A DNA stretch of 42,978 nucleotides from Candidatus Gastranaerophilales bacterium (GTDB taxonomy: Bacteria; Cyanobacteriota; Vampirovibrionia; Gastranaerophilales; Gastranaerophilaceae): NCBI GenBank assembly GCA_944323405.1, contig CALUSJ010000057.1, positions 1 through 42,978 of the forward strand, given 5' to 3'. The notes beneath the pieces were generated by a model. That model ran no database searches, was not told the DNA's origin, and was given only the letters and a program-made list of their open reading frames with translations. The position numbers and the translations under genes are program-made. This document shows positions 8,652-18,347 of the stretch, in pieces. Within the stretch, counting starts at the first letter, position 1. Each line of letters opens with the position of its first letter.

Positions 8652-9734
8652 ATGGATTTTACAACACTAACTATCGATGTTTTAAAAATGTTATCATTTG
8701 CCGGAAGCTATGGTATCGGTATTATATTGCTGACAGTAATAGTAAGGTTAGCAATGTGGCCTTTAGGATTATCGCAGCAGCGTTCTATGCGTACAATGCA
8801 AATGCTGCAGCCGAAAATGAAGGCTATTCAAGAAAGATACAAAAGCAATCCGCAGATGATGCAGCAGAAAATGATGGAATTTTATAAAGAACATAAATTC
8901 AATCCAATGGCGGGATGTTTTCCATTATTGATTCAAATGCCGATTTTTATTTTGTTGTATTCATCTCTTATGAGCCCTCAATTTATTCAAATGGCCGGCG
9001 ATTCACAATTCTTGTTCATTAATAGGCTTGATGCGACCCTTAAAACATCTGCCGGTGTTTCTAACAATGGGACTTTTGGCCTGTCTAAATATGATTCATT
9101 TATGACTGGTAAAACCGCTACCGTTTATCTAAAAGGTGTTGATGAACCTTTAGAGAACGTAAAAATAGAAAAACCAAATAAAGCCGTTGAAGTTCAAGGT
9201 GAATTAAATCCAGGTGAACCTGCTGATTTTAAGGTTAGTTTAGATAGCTTAAATCTTAAATTCAGCCAGCTTGATCAGATAGAAAAAGCCGATATTCAAG
9301 TAACAGATATTCAGACAAAAGAATCAGAGCAGATGACTTTTGTTAGAAAAGACGGTATTCTGGTAAGCACTATTCCTACAAAGGAAGTTAAGACATCTTT
9401 CCATTATGATGTGCTTTTGCTCATAGTTCTGTTTGCTGTGACCATGGTATTTTCTCAAAAGGCCATGATGGCTATGAATAAGAATATTCAGCAGGACGAA
9501 GCTCAAAAAGCTATGCAGAAGTCAATGAATACATTTATGCCTATAATGTTAACATTCACTTTTGTTATTATTCCGATTCCTGCCGGTGTTCTTTTATATT
9601 TGATTTCAAGCAACATCTTCCAGGTAATCCAGACTGTTATAATAAACAAACAGCTTGAAAAAGAAGATGCTAAAAAAGAAGCCAATGTTGATGATTTGGA
9701 TTTGGCAAATGCAAAGCAAATTAAAGAAAAATAA
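8652..9734 (+). CDS. yidC: membrane protein insertase YidC/Oxa1/Alb3 (cyanobacterial-type)
   Basis: SYGIGIILLTVIVR, LQPKMKAIQERY, NPMAGCFPLLIQMPIF, PAGVLLYLISSNIFQ. Confidence 0.95.
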   Translation: MDFTTLTIDVLKMLSFAGSYGIGIILLTVIVRLAMWPLGLSQQRSMRTMQMLQPKMKAIQERYKSNPQMMQQKMMEFYKEHKFNPMAGCFPLLIQMPIFILLYSSLMSPQFIQMAGDSQFLFINRLDATLKTSAGVSNNGTFGLSKYDSFMTGKTATVYLKGVDEPLENVKIEKPNKAVEVQGELNPGEPADFKVSLDSLNLKFSQLDQIEKADIQVTDIQTKESEQMTFVRKDGILVSTIPTKEVKTSFHYDVLLLIVLFAVTMVFSQKAMMAMNKNIQQDEAQKAMQKSMNTFMPIMLTFTFVIIPIPAGVLLYLISSNIFQVIQTVIINKQLEKEDAKKEANVDDLDLANAKQIKEK

Positions 9735-9855
9735 GTTTTTTCCGGCTATTTTTTCTAATAGAACTTAATATTTCGTAAAAAACACTTTTGTAAAATGACT
9801 TTTAGGTATAAAATAAATATACTGACTGTTACAAATAAAGAAAGGATTTTTAGGA

Positions 9856-10866
9856 ATGGTGCTTGAAATGACTTACCCTCAGCTAGAACGTGCAGTAAAC
9901 CCGACTCACGATATAAGGTTGTTTGCAGGGCGTTCAAACCCGCAGCTGGCCCAAGAGATTGCAGATTATCTTGGGACAACGGTTGGGCCAATGGTCATTA
10001 AAAATTTCGCCGACGGTGAAATTTATGTTCAAGTAAAGGAAAGTATAAGAGGTGATGATGTTTTCATAGTACAGCCTCTTTGTAATCCTGTAAACGAAAA
10101 TCTTATGGAATTACTCATTATGATAGATGCTTTTAAACGGGCAAGTGCAAAGACTATAACGGCAGTAATTCCTTACTATGGTTATGCAAGACAAGATAGA
10201 AAAACTTCAGGCAGAGAAGCTATTACTGCTAAGCTTGTTGCTGATTTATTAACAACTGCGGGGGCTAATAGAGTCCTTGCTATGGACTTGCATACAGGAC
10301 AAATTCAAGGTTTCTTTAATATCTTGGTTGATCATATTTTTGCAACGCCAATTTTAGTTGATTATGTTAAAGGTCTTGGACTAAATCCTGATGAGATGGT
10401 TGCAGTTAGCCCTGATATGGGTGGTGCGAACAGAACTAGACATTTTGCTAAGAATTTGGATTGCCCAATGGCAATTATAGACAAACGCAGAGATAAGCAT
10501 AATGAAGCAATTGCTGCTCATATTATTGGAGATGTAGAAAACAAAGTCTGTTTAATGTTCGACGACATTATTGACACAGCTGGAACTATATGCGAAGCTT
10601 CAAAACTTTTGAAAAGCAAAGGTGCAAAAGCCGTATATGTAGGTGCAACTCACGCTGTTTTTTCAGGCCCGGCAATTGAAAGATTAAAAAACGCTCCTAT
10701 AGAAGAATGTATTATAACAAATACGATTCCTTGGAAAAAGGAAGATTTGCCTCCAAATGTGAAGCAGCTTTCTATAGCGCCGCTATTAGGACAAGCAATT
10801 TCAAGAATCCATGATGATGAGTCTGTAAGTTCATTATTTGGTTTTGAAAAAGAAATGAAAGTATAG
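9856..10866 (+). CDS. prs: ribose-phosphate pyrophosphokinase
   Basis: FADGEI, PYYGYARQDRK, DLHTGQIQGFF, VSPDMGG, DDIIDTAGT, ATHAVFS. Confidence 0.98.
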   Translation: MVLEMTYPQLERAVNPTHDIRLFAGRSNPQLAQEIADYLGTTVGPMVIKNFADGEIYVQVKESIRGDDVFIVQPLCNPVNENLMELLIMIDAFKRASAKTITAVIPYYGYARQDRKTSGREAITAKLVADLLTTAGANRVLAMDLHTGQIQGFFNILVDHIFATPILVDYVKGLGLNPDEMVAVSPDMGGANRTRHFAKNLDCPMAIIDKRRDKHNEAIAAHIIGDVENKVCLMFDDIIDTAGTICEASKLLKSKGAKAVYVGATHAVFSGPAIERLKNAPIEECIITNTIPWKKEDLPPNVKQLSIAPLLGQAISRIHDDESVSSLFGFEKEMKV

Positions 10867-10888
10867 TAGTTACTTATAATAATATTTA

Positions 10889-10931
10889 TAGAGATTATAA
10901 AGTAAAATACAAATCCTGCTTTATAACTCTA
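10889..10931. terminator. hairpin downstream of prs, between convergent genes
   Basis: TAGAG(A)TTATAAAGTA ... TGCTTTATAACTCTA imperfect inverted repeat. Confidence 0.45.
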
Positions 10932-10999
10932 AAGCTATTTGCGCAACACAAAACAGCACCATATAAGCAACATCTATTCATTCGACTCAAAACTTTTAA

Positions 11000-11218
11000 C
11001 TAGACTTCTCTAATCAAAATATTAATGTCAACATTTAAAACATTAGCAATATCTATAACCTTTAAAATAGTTGGGTTAATTTTGCCAGTTTCAATTAAAC
11101 TGATTGAGTTTCTTGAAATGTTTGTCAGCTCAGCTAACTTCTCTTGAGAGATATTACGTCTAAGACGTTCACTCTTAATATTAATTCCTAAATTTCTTAA
11201 TCTATTCTTTTCTTCCAT
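11000..11218 (-). CDS. XRE/Cro-family helix-turn-helix regulator
   Basis: LGINIKSERLRRNISQEKLAELTNISRNSISLIETGKINPT. Confidence 0.92.
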   Translation of the reverse strand: MEEKNRLRNLGINIKSERLRRNISQEKLAELTNISRNSISLIETGKINPTILKVIDIANVLNVDINILIREV

Positions 11219-11292
11219 AACTAATATTTTCTTTTATTGCAGCAGATTTTTCTATATGTTATATTTGGCAAATAAACATTATGCTAGTGTTC

Positions 11293-11340
11293 ATATATAA
11301 AAAGAAGCCTAATTAAAAAATAAGGCTTCTTTTTATATAT
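11293..11340. terminator. bidirectional-type intrinsic terminator
   Basis: 18-bp perfect inverted repeat ATATATAAAAAGAAGCCT / AGGCTTCTTTTTATATAT with 12-nt loop. Confidence 0.75.
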
Positions 11341-11435
11341 AAGGGCAGACTCAGAGCCGCCCTTTACCGCATCAGACCTCTCGGAGAGTCTTATCTCCTA
11401 TAAACAAGCTTGCTGGCAAGTGGGTCATAAGCGGC
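11341..11435 (-). ncRNA. candidate structured non-coding RNA of unknown class
   Basis: GC-rich island between two terminators; hand-folded long closing stem, two internal hairpins and a 3' hairpin; G-U pairs favour the minus strand. Confidence 0.5.
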
Positions 11436-11495
11436 TAATATTTATTTTTGATTACATAAATAATATAATGGTTTAGAAGCTTTTTTTCATTAGAC

Positions 11496-11532
11496 AAACG
11501 GGCTATATTGAAATAAACAATATAGCCCGTTT
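11496..11532 (-). terminator. terminator of the matrixin/TPR gene
   Basis: 15-bp perfect inverted repeat AAACGGGCTATATTG / CAATATAGCCCGTTT, 25 nt past the stop. Confidence 0.75.
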
Positions 11533-11557
11533 AACAATTATATAATTGGAATAAAAT

Positions 11558-12793
11558 TTATTCTTCTTCAATCTCTCCGGCAGTAGGGCCGTATTTTTTG
11601 ATTGTTGCATTTAAGAGATTCTCATGATGTTTTTCTCGGTATATCTGGCATAATAATTTGTATGCGTGTTTGTTATATGGATTCTGCTGTAAAATAGTAT
11701 CTAATTGTTCGATTGCCGAATTAGAACGTTTCATATAATAATCAATAAGCGCTGGCAGAATTATTGTTTTGTCATTTATATCTGTTGCAGTTGCAATTTC
11801 TGCACAGCTTTTTGCTTTATCAAACTCTTCTGCATCCAAATACATTACAGCTACTTCGTAGTATACTTCAGACTTGCTTCTTAAATCTGTTTTCATTTGC
11901 GCAACAGCCTGATATTCTTGTGCTGCTTTATCATATTCAGCTCTTTTTCTATATTGTTCTGCTAGCGCAAGTTTTGTTGCGATATCGTTAGCAGTAACTT
12001 CATCAAGATTCTTAGTTTCATCGTTTACGGGGACATTAAGTGTTGCGAGAATTTCTTCTACGGTAAACAATTGAGATTTTTCTTCTTCTGTTGGAGGAAT
12101 ATTAGTTACATCAGGTACAACAGAATAAAGAAGTGCTAGTGTTTTTAAATCACGAGCTGTAATTTCTGTATTAAACTTTGTGCCAATAGGATACATTACA
12201 TCATAGATACTTGGGCTTTTGCCATTTAGTCCTAAAGAACGTCCTATTTCTTGTAATGCAGACGAATATAATTGTTTAGAATCGTGTCTATTGTTCTTAG
12301 CATCGGTACGTTTAAACACAATTGTCGAATCTATTATTTTGTTTCCGTTAAGAGAAAAAGATTGAGAACCAATAGAAGGGCTGGTGTCTTCAGTGTTTTT
12401 AAAATAACATTTCATTTCAGCTTCTTCTGGTGTTTCTACAAAACTAAATCTGACAAGTCCTTCGCTAGCTCGTTCCCAGGACTGGTAAGCTCGCATTACA
12501 ACTTCTCGATAATATGCAGGGAGATCTGCTGAATCTTCAATATAAACTTTTAGAGGGAAAGTTGTTTTATTCCATCTTATAATTTTACCGTTTGCTGCAA
12601 CTTCTCTAAAATAGCTGTCAATAACTGCGGCCTTTATTGTTTTTTCTCCCATTGATTTGTCATAACCAAGTGTAATTGCTGAATAAGTTTTTAATTCAAA
12701 CTTCGGAGAAATAACTTCTGTTTTATTTCCTGTATTTAATAGTGAAATAGCACCGGCTGCTATTAAAAATGTACAAATAACTATCTTTTTCAT
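11558..12793 (-). CDS. exported matrixin (M10/metzincin)-like domain plus TPR protein, zinc ligands lost
   Basis: Signal-like MKKIVICTFLIAAGAISLL; RWNKTTFPLKVYI, AYQSWE..GLVRFSFV, QEIGRSLGLNGKS, Met-turn DVMYP; C-terminal TPR helices; alternative TTG start at 12826. Confidence 0.75.
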   Translation of the reverse strand: MKKIVICTFLIAAGAISLLNTGNKTEVISPKFELKTYSAITLGYDKSMGEKTIKAAVIDSYFREVAANGKIIRWNKTTFPLKVYIEDSADLPAYYREVVMRAYQSWERASEGLVRFSFVETPEEAEMKCYFKNTEDTSPSIGSQSFSLNGNKIIDSTIVFKRTDAKNNRHDSKQLYSSALQEIGRSLGLNGKSPSIYDVMYPIGTKFNTEITARDLKTLALLYSVVPDVTNIPPTEEEKSQLFTVEEILATLNVPVNDETKNLDEVTANDIATKLALAEQYRKRAEYDKAAQEYQAVAQMKTDLRSKSEVYYEVAVMYLDAEEFDKAKSCAEIATATDINDKTIILPALIDYYMKRSNSAIEQLDTILQQNPYNKHAYKLLCQIYREKHHENLLNATIKKYGPTAGEIEEE

Positions 12794-12847
12794 GTTTTTA
12801 GGATACCTCTTATTCTTTATTATCAATTTATATTATACACAAATATT

Positions 12848-13267
12848 TTAAATTTTTGCACTAACAAAACTATTATTTGTAATTAAAGAAGAATTTATTG
12901 AATAAGTTTTAAGCGCAGTATACAGTTTTAGGGCCGAACCATTAGAAATGCCGCGCTCACGCATTTTATCAATAAAATCTTTTGCCGATGGAGAACTCGC
13001 ATGCTTCTCATTTCCTAATAGAGTATTTAACATGTCAGGTAATGTACTTGCGGACCTATTTCCATACAGAGCACTCATAGTAGTTTTATATGTGCTTAGG
13101 TCTGTGTATTCTTCAAGAGAAATATCAAAAGCTCCGTCAACTAATTGTTGGAGAGTCGTTTTATCAAGAACTTCCGGCAAATTCTGCAGCCGATTATTGA
13201 TGTTTTCCAATCTATCAACAGTCAAGCCGGATGCTTTTAATACTGTAGCATTCTCTATAGATACCAT
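12848..13267 (-). CDS. hypothetical protein (139 aa)
   Basis: ORF with AGGA RBS and upstream TATAAT; no family recognised. Confidence 0.7.
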   Translation of the reverse strand: MVSIENATVLKASGLTVDRLENINNRLQNLPEVLDKTTLQQLVDGAFDISLEEYTDLSTYKTTMSALYGNRSASTLPDMLNTLLGNEKHASSPSAKDFIDKMRERGISNGSALKLYTALKTYSINSSLITNNSFVSAKI

Positions 13268-13358
13268 ATTCCTAATCCTTTTTAATAATTATACTATATT
13301 TTAACTTTTTTTACAATTATTGAGAAAAGAAATAAGATACACTTTAAATATATATGAA

Positions 13359-14504
13359 TTAAACGAGCCCTGTTATATTATCTCTTGTAATTACAGCGTC
13401 ATAATTTTTATATCCTAAAATATTTTCAATATTATTTGAATGAGCACCAACAATCTTACGGCACTCTTCAGAGCTGTAGTTAACCATACCACGTGCAAAT
13501 TCAATATTGTTTTCATCACATATAGAAACGACTTCCCCTTGTCTGAAATCATTGATTACATTGAGAATTCCTATAGGTAAAAGACTTGAACATTTTTCTA
13601 ATACGGCTTTTTTAGCTCCTTCATTTACGATAAGCTGTCCACGTATGTTTGTAGCATAACCAATCCAGCGTTTTTTATCTGACAAATTTTCTTTTGTTGG
13701 AATAAAAGCGGTGCCAATTTCTTCTTTATTAAAGATTTTGCTTATGACATAAGGTATTTTTCCGTTTGCAATTAGAACTCTTCCCCCGAATCTTGTCACC
13801 AGTTTTGCAGCTTCAAGCTTTGTTCTCATTCCGCCGCGGCCGCCATCAGACGCATCCGAACCAAGTGCCATAATCTCATCGGTTATATTTTCTACAACTG
13901 GAATCAGTTTTGCGTCAGGATTTTCTTTGGGATTTGAATCGTAGAGCCCGTTTACATCAGACAATAGTATAAGTAAATCGGCGTCTAATTCACTGGATAC
14001 AAGTGCAGACAGTTTGTCATTATCTGCAAAACAAACTTTCGTACCAGCAAGAACTGCATTCATTTTAATTGTAGAAACAGTATCATTTTGGTTTATAATA
14101 GGTACAACTCCGAATTCTAGAATTTTATTAAGAGTAGTTCTCAGGCTCAAATATTTATATCTAAGTGAAAAATCGTCTTCTGTAAGTAAAATTTGCGCAA
14201 TAGGAATATCGAAAATCCCAAACCCGTTTTCATAAAATGACATCAAGCGGCTTTGTCCGACGGCTGCACAAGCCTGTTTAACGCCGTCTTCTGCTGTAGA
14301 ATCAAGGTTAAGTTTCTTTTTCCCTAGTCCAACTGCGCCGGATGTTACGAGAATAACCTCTTTTCCTTGTTGAACAAGTTTTGCCATATCTTCGATAAAA
14401 GAATAAATTCTTGATATTGCAACCTCACCGTCTTCATTTCTTAAAACATTTGTTCCAAGTTTTATTACAATTCTTTTAGCACTAACGAAATCATCTCTTT
14501 GCAT
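13359..14504 (-). CDS. proB: glutamate 5-kinase with PUA domain
   Basis: RIVIKLGT, VTSGAVGLG, QACAAVGQ, DNDKLSA, GRGGMRTKLEAA, PUA domain SLLPIGI..FARGMVNY. Confidence 0.97.
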   Translation of the reverse strand: MQRDDFVSAKRIVIKLGTNVLRNEDGEVAISRIYSFIEDMAKLVQQGKEVILVTSGAVGLGKKKLNLDSTAEDGVKQACAAVGQSRLMSFYENGFGIFDIPIAQILLTEDDFSLRYKYLSLRTTLNKILEFGVVPIINQNDTVSTIKMNAVLAGTKVCFADNDKLSALVSSELDADLLILLSDVNGLYDSNPKENPDAKLIPVVENITDEIMALGSDASDGGRGGMRTKLEAAKLVTRFGGRVLIANGKIPYVISKIFNKEEIGTAFIPTKENLSDKKRWIGYATNIRGQLIVNEGAKKAVLEKCSSLLPIGILNVINDFRQGEVVSICDENNIEFARGMVNYSSEECRKIVGAHSNNIENILGYKNYDAVITRDNITGLV

Positions 14505-14507
14505 AAG

Positions 14508-15566
14508 TTATATTCCCATAGCCTTTAATACATCATTAAGCTCTGCAGATGTCTTTTTGACAGCTGAATTTGAATACTTTATTGCATTATCAGGGTCTTT
14601 AAGTCCATTCCCTGTTAAAATACAAACTATATCCGAGCCCTCTTTGACCAATTTTTGAGAATGAGCTTGAATAAGTCCAGCCACAGAAGCTGCACTTGCT
14701 GGCTCACATAAAATTCCCTCAGAAGAGGCTAACATTTTGTATGCTTCAACGATTTTTTCATCGCTTACGCAACCAATCTTGCCATTGCTTTCATCTCTTG
14801 CTGCTTCAGCTTGTTTCCAGCTTGCAGGGTTGCCGATGCGAATTGCGGTAGCAAGAGTTTCTGGGTTTAGAATCCTCTCGCCTCTTACTATTGCAGCTGC
14901 TCCTTCAGCTTCATATCCCATCATTACTGGCAGTTTTTTTATAATTCCGATAGAATGATATTCTTTGTATCCTTTCCAATAAGCTGTGATATTTCCGGCA
15001 TTTCCAACAGGAATAAAATGATAGTCAGGTGCTTTTCCTAGAGAATCACAAATCTCGAAAGCTCCTGTTTTCTGACCTTCAATTCTGTATGGATTAACTG
15101 AATTTACTAATGTAACCGGGTATTTTGCAGAAATTTCCCGGACGCATTCTAATGCTCTATCAAAGTTCCCTTGAATTGCAATTATCTCAGCGCCATACAT
15201 CATAGCCTGTGAAAGTTTGCCCAGAGCAATATATCCGTCAGGAATAAGTACAAAAGTTTTTAAACCAGCTTTTGCTCCGTATGCTGCTGCTGAAGCTGAA
15301 GTATTTCCTGTAGAAGCACAAATTATAGCCCCAGAGCCGCTTTCTTTAGCTTTTGTAACAGCCATTGTCATACCACGATCTTTAAAACTTCCTGTTGGAT
15401 TTGAACCTTCAAATTTTAAATAAATATTAGCATCTAATCCTATTTTTTTTGCAAGATTTTCAGCCTTTATTAAGGGAGTATTCCCTTCATTCAAAGTTAT
15501 AATTTCTGTTTGTTCTGTTACGGGAAGATGTTTCCGATATTTATTTATAAGTCCTTGATAATACAT
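14508..15566 (-). CDS. thrC: threonine synthase
   Basis: [60 protein letters not shown]. Confidence 0.97.
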   Translation of the reverse strand: MYYQGLINKYRKHLPVTEQTEIITLNEGNTPLIKAENLAKKIGLDANIYLKFEGSNPTGSFKDRGMTMAVTKAKESGSGAIICASTGNTSASAAAYGAKAGLKTFVLIPDGYIALGKLSQAMMYGAEIIAIQGNFDRALECVREISAKYPVTLVNSVNPYRIEGQKTGAFEICDSLGKAPDYHFIPVGNAGNITAYWKGYKEYHSIGIIKKLPVMMGYEAEGAAAIVRGERILNPETLATAIRIGNPASWKQAEAARDESNGKIGCVSDEKIVEAYKMLASSEGILCEPASAASVAGLIQAHSQKLVKEGSDIVCILTGNGLKDPDNAIKYSNSAVKKTSAELNDVLKAMGI

Positions 15567-15684
15567 AACCTATCCTCACTATCCTATTAAAATATACCAC
15601 AAGAAAACTATTCTGTGTAAAAATGTTTTAAATTTAAATTTTATTTCTCTATATGTGCTATAATAAGAATAACTGGAGGAAAAG

Positions 15685-16293
15685 ATGATATATAAATTAT
15701 TGGAATTAGTTTTAACGGTTTTTGCGGCCTATTTGATAGGTTCAATTCCGACTGGATATATTATTGTAAAAGTAAAAACAGGAAAAGATATTCGTACTAT
15801 AGGCTCTGGGTCAACTGGGGCGACAAATGTAAAAAGGGTTCTTGGGAAAAAGTATTTCTTTATTGTTATGCTTTTGGATGCTTTTAAAGGTGCTCTGCCG
15901 GTTTTATTAGCAGAACATTTTATCTCGGCGGGCTCATCTTTAGGTTTAGCTCCTGTTTTAGCTGCAGTTGCTGTTATTATCGGGCATAGCAAATCTATTT
16001 TTCTTCAATTTAAAGGCGGAAAGTCTGTTGCTTCTGGGGTAGGGACAATATTGGCCCTTAACTTTATTGTAGGAATTGTTATTGCGCTTGTATGGGGCTT
16101 GGTAACTTATACTACAAAATATGTTTCTGTAGGTTCAATAGCTGCGCTTATAATTTCTCCTTTTGTGATGTATTATCTGAGTGCTCCTATTGCATATGTT
16201 TTATATTGTGCTGTTGGAGCGATATATATTGTATACTTGCATAGAGAAAATATAAAGCGGCTTATTCAGGGAAATGAGAATAAAGTCAGATAA
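15685..16293 (+). CDS. plsY: glycerol-3-phosphate acyltransferase PlsY
   Basis: YLIGSIP, DIRTIGSGSTGATNVKR, DAFKG, GHSKSIF..FKGGKSVA, HRENIKRL..GNE. Confidence 0.96.
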   Translation: MIYKLLELVLTVFAAYLIGSIPTGYIIVKVKTGKDIRTIGSGSTGATNVKRVLGKKYFFIVMLLDAFKGALPVLLAEHFISAGSSLGLAPVLAAVAVIIGHSKSIFLQFKGGKSVASGVGTILALNFIVGIVIALVWGLVTYTTKYVSVGSIAALIISPFVMYYLSAPIAYVLYCAVGAIYIVYLHRENIKRLIQGNENKVR

Positions 16294-16297
16294 AGTA

Positions 16298-16561
16298 CTA
16301 TTTTATAAAACTAAAGGCTATAATTTTATCGAGATTTATATGCAGCCAGTCATAGGATGAGCTCGTATATTTGTCACATTCTTCTGAGTAGCTGTCATTT
16401 ATAAGACAGAGTGTAGCATTTGTTAAGTTTATAAAATTTTCTTTATTGCATTCTTCGCAATCATAAATATATCCAGTTATTCGATAATGGTTTGTAATAA
16501 AAACGATTTTGTCAGTGCCGCTTTTTTTCATAATTTTTTTTAATTCTTTTAATTTATCCAT
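16298..16561 (-). CDS. small hypothetical protein, possible Sm/LSm-like beta fold
   Basis: Helix then beta pattern IVFIT/RITGYI/FINLTNA/WLHINLDKIIAFS; CEEC motif. Confidence 0.65.
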   Translation of the reverse strand: MDKLKELKKIMKKSGTDKIVFITNHYRITGYIYDCEECNKENFINLTNATLCLINDSYSEECDKYTSSSYDWLHINLDKIIAFSFIK

Positions 16562-16565
16562 AAAT

Positions 16566-16600
16566 TTAATCCTATATATGTATCACATATATAGGATTAA
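16566..16600. promoter_or_regulatory. 15-bp perfect inverted repeat covering the RBS of 16298..16561
   Basis: TTAATCCTATATATG-tatca-CATATATAGGATTAA. Confidence 0.6.
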
Positions 16601-16625
16601 TAAAAAGGAAAATTTTCACAATCCC

Positions 16626-17627
16626 CTAAACTACCATATCATTAAAATCTTTTGAATCGTCATAGTTGAACATGTGTATGAATGTATATAACATTTTTGC
16701 AGAAAATCTCTTTGTGCCTACTTCAAGCATGTTTCTTAAAGCCTCTTTGTTATTCATTATTAAAGTATGAGTTCTGTTAAATGCCAGATTATCATAATAA
16801 TTAGCCACATTAACCATTTGGCTGAATTCTGAGATATAATCACTTGATAACCCTTGAGGATATCCTGAACCATCATTGTTTTCGTGATGCTCAAGAGCTA
16901 CTTTTGCGATTTCTTCAGGAAGTTCAAACTCTTCCTTAATCATTTTGTATCCAATAATAGTATGTGGTTTTACTTCATCTTCATTCATTGTTAATAAAGC
17001 TTGTGAATCGGCAAGATCAATTTTTAATTTCCCAATATCATGCAAAAGACCAGCTAAAATAACTTGATCGATAGCAAGAGTTGAAAATTCTAGTTTTTGA
17101 GCGATAAGCCCAGCAATTATAGCTACGTTAAGAGGGTGGCATAGCTCATATTCACCTAAAAACCGAATTTTGGAACCTTTGCTTGATTTTTGGACAAGCT
17201 TGTAGACTTCTGTTTTTAAAATTCCTATCAAAGAGTTTAGTTTTAATAGTCCTTCTTCATAATATCCTTGAATTAACAAATCTAAAATTCGTTTGTAAAA
17301 ATATTTTATTTTAACCTGGGTTTCCATTTTTACATAGGAATCTTTGTTAATTACAGTTTCAAAGTCGGTAGGGTCGAGTCCTTCATATGAAAAATTCATA
17401 ATTTGAGAATTTGAACTATCAGAAGAATCTGTATTGGAATTTTCCCGGCTGCTGTTATCTTCACTATTGAATTCTTCTGTATAAATTTTAACATAGTTCT
17501 TTAGCATAATAAGCTTGCCCGGTGTTAAAACTTCTCCGGCTTCAAGAATTTTACCTTTGTTTTCTGTATATAAATCAAAGGGTAAAACTTTGTAACTGCT
17601 TAATTCCTTGGGAGTAACTATTCTCAT
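16626..17627 (-). CDS. HD-GYP domain protein (cyclic dinucleotide phosphodiesterase family)
   Basis: HPLNVA, GLLHDIGK, HTIIGY, HHENNDGSGYPQGL. Confidence 0.9.
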   Translation of the reverse strand: MRIVTPKELSSYKVLPFDLYTENKGKILEAGEVLTPGKLIMLKNYVKIYTEEFNSEDNSSRENSNTDSSDSSNSQIMNFSYEGLDPTDFETVINKDSYVKMETQVKIKYFYKRILDLLIQGYYEEGLLKLNSLIGILKTEVYKLVQKSSKGSKIRFLGEYELCHPLNVAIIAGLIAQKLEFSTLAIDQVILAGLLHDIGKLKIDLADSQALLTMNEDEVKPHTIIGYKMIKEEFELPEEIAKVALEHHENNDGSGYPQGLSSDYISEFSQMVNVANYYDNLAFNRTHTLIMNNKEALRNMLEVGTKRFSAKMLYTFIHMFNYDDSKDFNDMVV

Positions 17628-17767
17628 AATACAATTATAACATTTTTTATATCTAATTCATACTGTATATGTTTTATTTTTCTTCAGAAGTTTATAATGT
17701 GCTCTATTTAGCAAAAAAATAATTTACAGGTTTTGTTTATAATAATATAGAATAAGGATATCGCAAA

Positions 17768-18334
17768 ATGTTGGTAAATAATAAACAAAATCTGAGCTTT
17801 GGGCAATTAAAAGGTATACAATACTTAAAACAGTTTAACCCGAAGAAAAATGTTTTTCATGCACAAGCCGTGAATGCTTTTTATAGAAATACTGCTTTGC
17901 AAAACTTCATGGATAAATTCGATGTAAAAGCAAAATTTGTTTCAGAAGTTGAATTTGGAAGCAGTTCATATATTTCAAGGACAAATTTATACCTGCTTTT
18001 TGGACCTAAAGAGAAGAGTTGTTCAAAAAATTTATTTTCACGTATAGCATCATTTTTTTCAAAAAATAAAAAACAAAAATATCCTTATGTAGTTTCTGCA
18101 GCAGGAGCTTGTTCTTCATATCGTTCTAACTATGAAAATGTGCAGAGAGAATTTATAAAATCTATTAATTCTATTAACGATGATAGATTAAATTATCTTA
18201 TAAAAAATCACGGGTATTTTTCTGATAAACCAGCTGAAAAAATTCCTAAGAATAAGATTAGTGAAATTCTCAGTTTTCTTGGAATTCAAAGACATATTAC
18301 TTCTCGTAATAAAAAAAGAATTGCTGAATATTAA
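17768..18334 (+). CDS. basic hypothetical protein with N-terminal NLSFG motif
   Basis: 188-aa ORF, AAGGA RBS; MLVNNKQNLSFG. Confidence 0.7.
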   Translation: MLVNNKQNLSFGQLKGIQYLKQFNPKKNVFHAQAVNAFYRNTALQNFMDKFDVKAKFVSEVEFGSSSYISRTNLYLLFGPKEKSCSKNLFSRIASFFSKNKKQKYPYVVSAAGACSSYRSNYENVQREFIKSINSINDDRLNYLIKNHGYFSDKPAEKIPKNKISEILSFLGIQRHITSRNKKRIAEY

Positions 18335-18347
18335 TAAGTTTATTTAA

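Noticed and set aside
9000-9400. Large soluble insertion in YidC as a novelty
   Set aside because: A comparable insertion is characteristic of cyanobacterial-type YidC; it is a lineage marker, not new
11372-11428. 18-codon ORF MTHLPASLFIGDKTLREV inside the RNA candidate
   Set aside because: No RBS and the ATG lies in the predicted closing stem; not excluded, but unsupported
11341-11435. Hammerhead ribozyme or tRNA interpretation
   Set aside because: CUGAUGC rather than CUGAUGA and no GAAA core; no T-loop or cloverleaf
10867-11557. Prophage or mobile-element remnant around the XRE gene
   Set aside because: No integrase, transposase, att-like direct repeats or phage genes are visible
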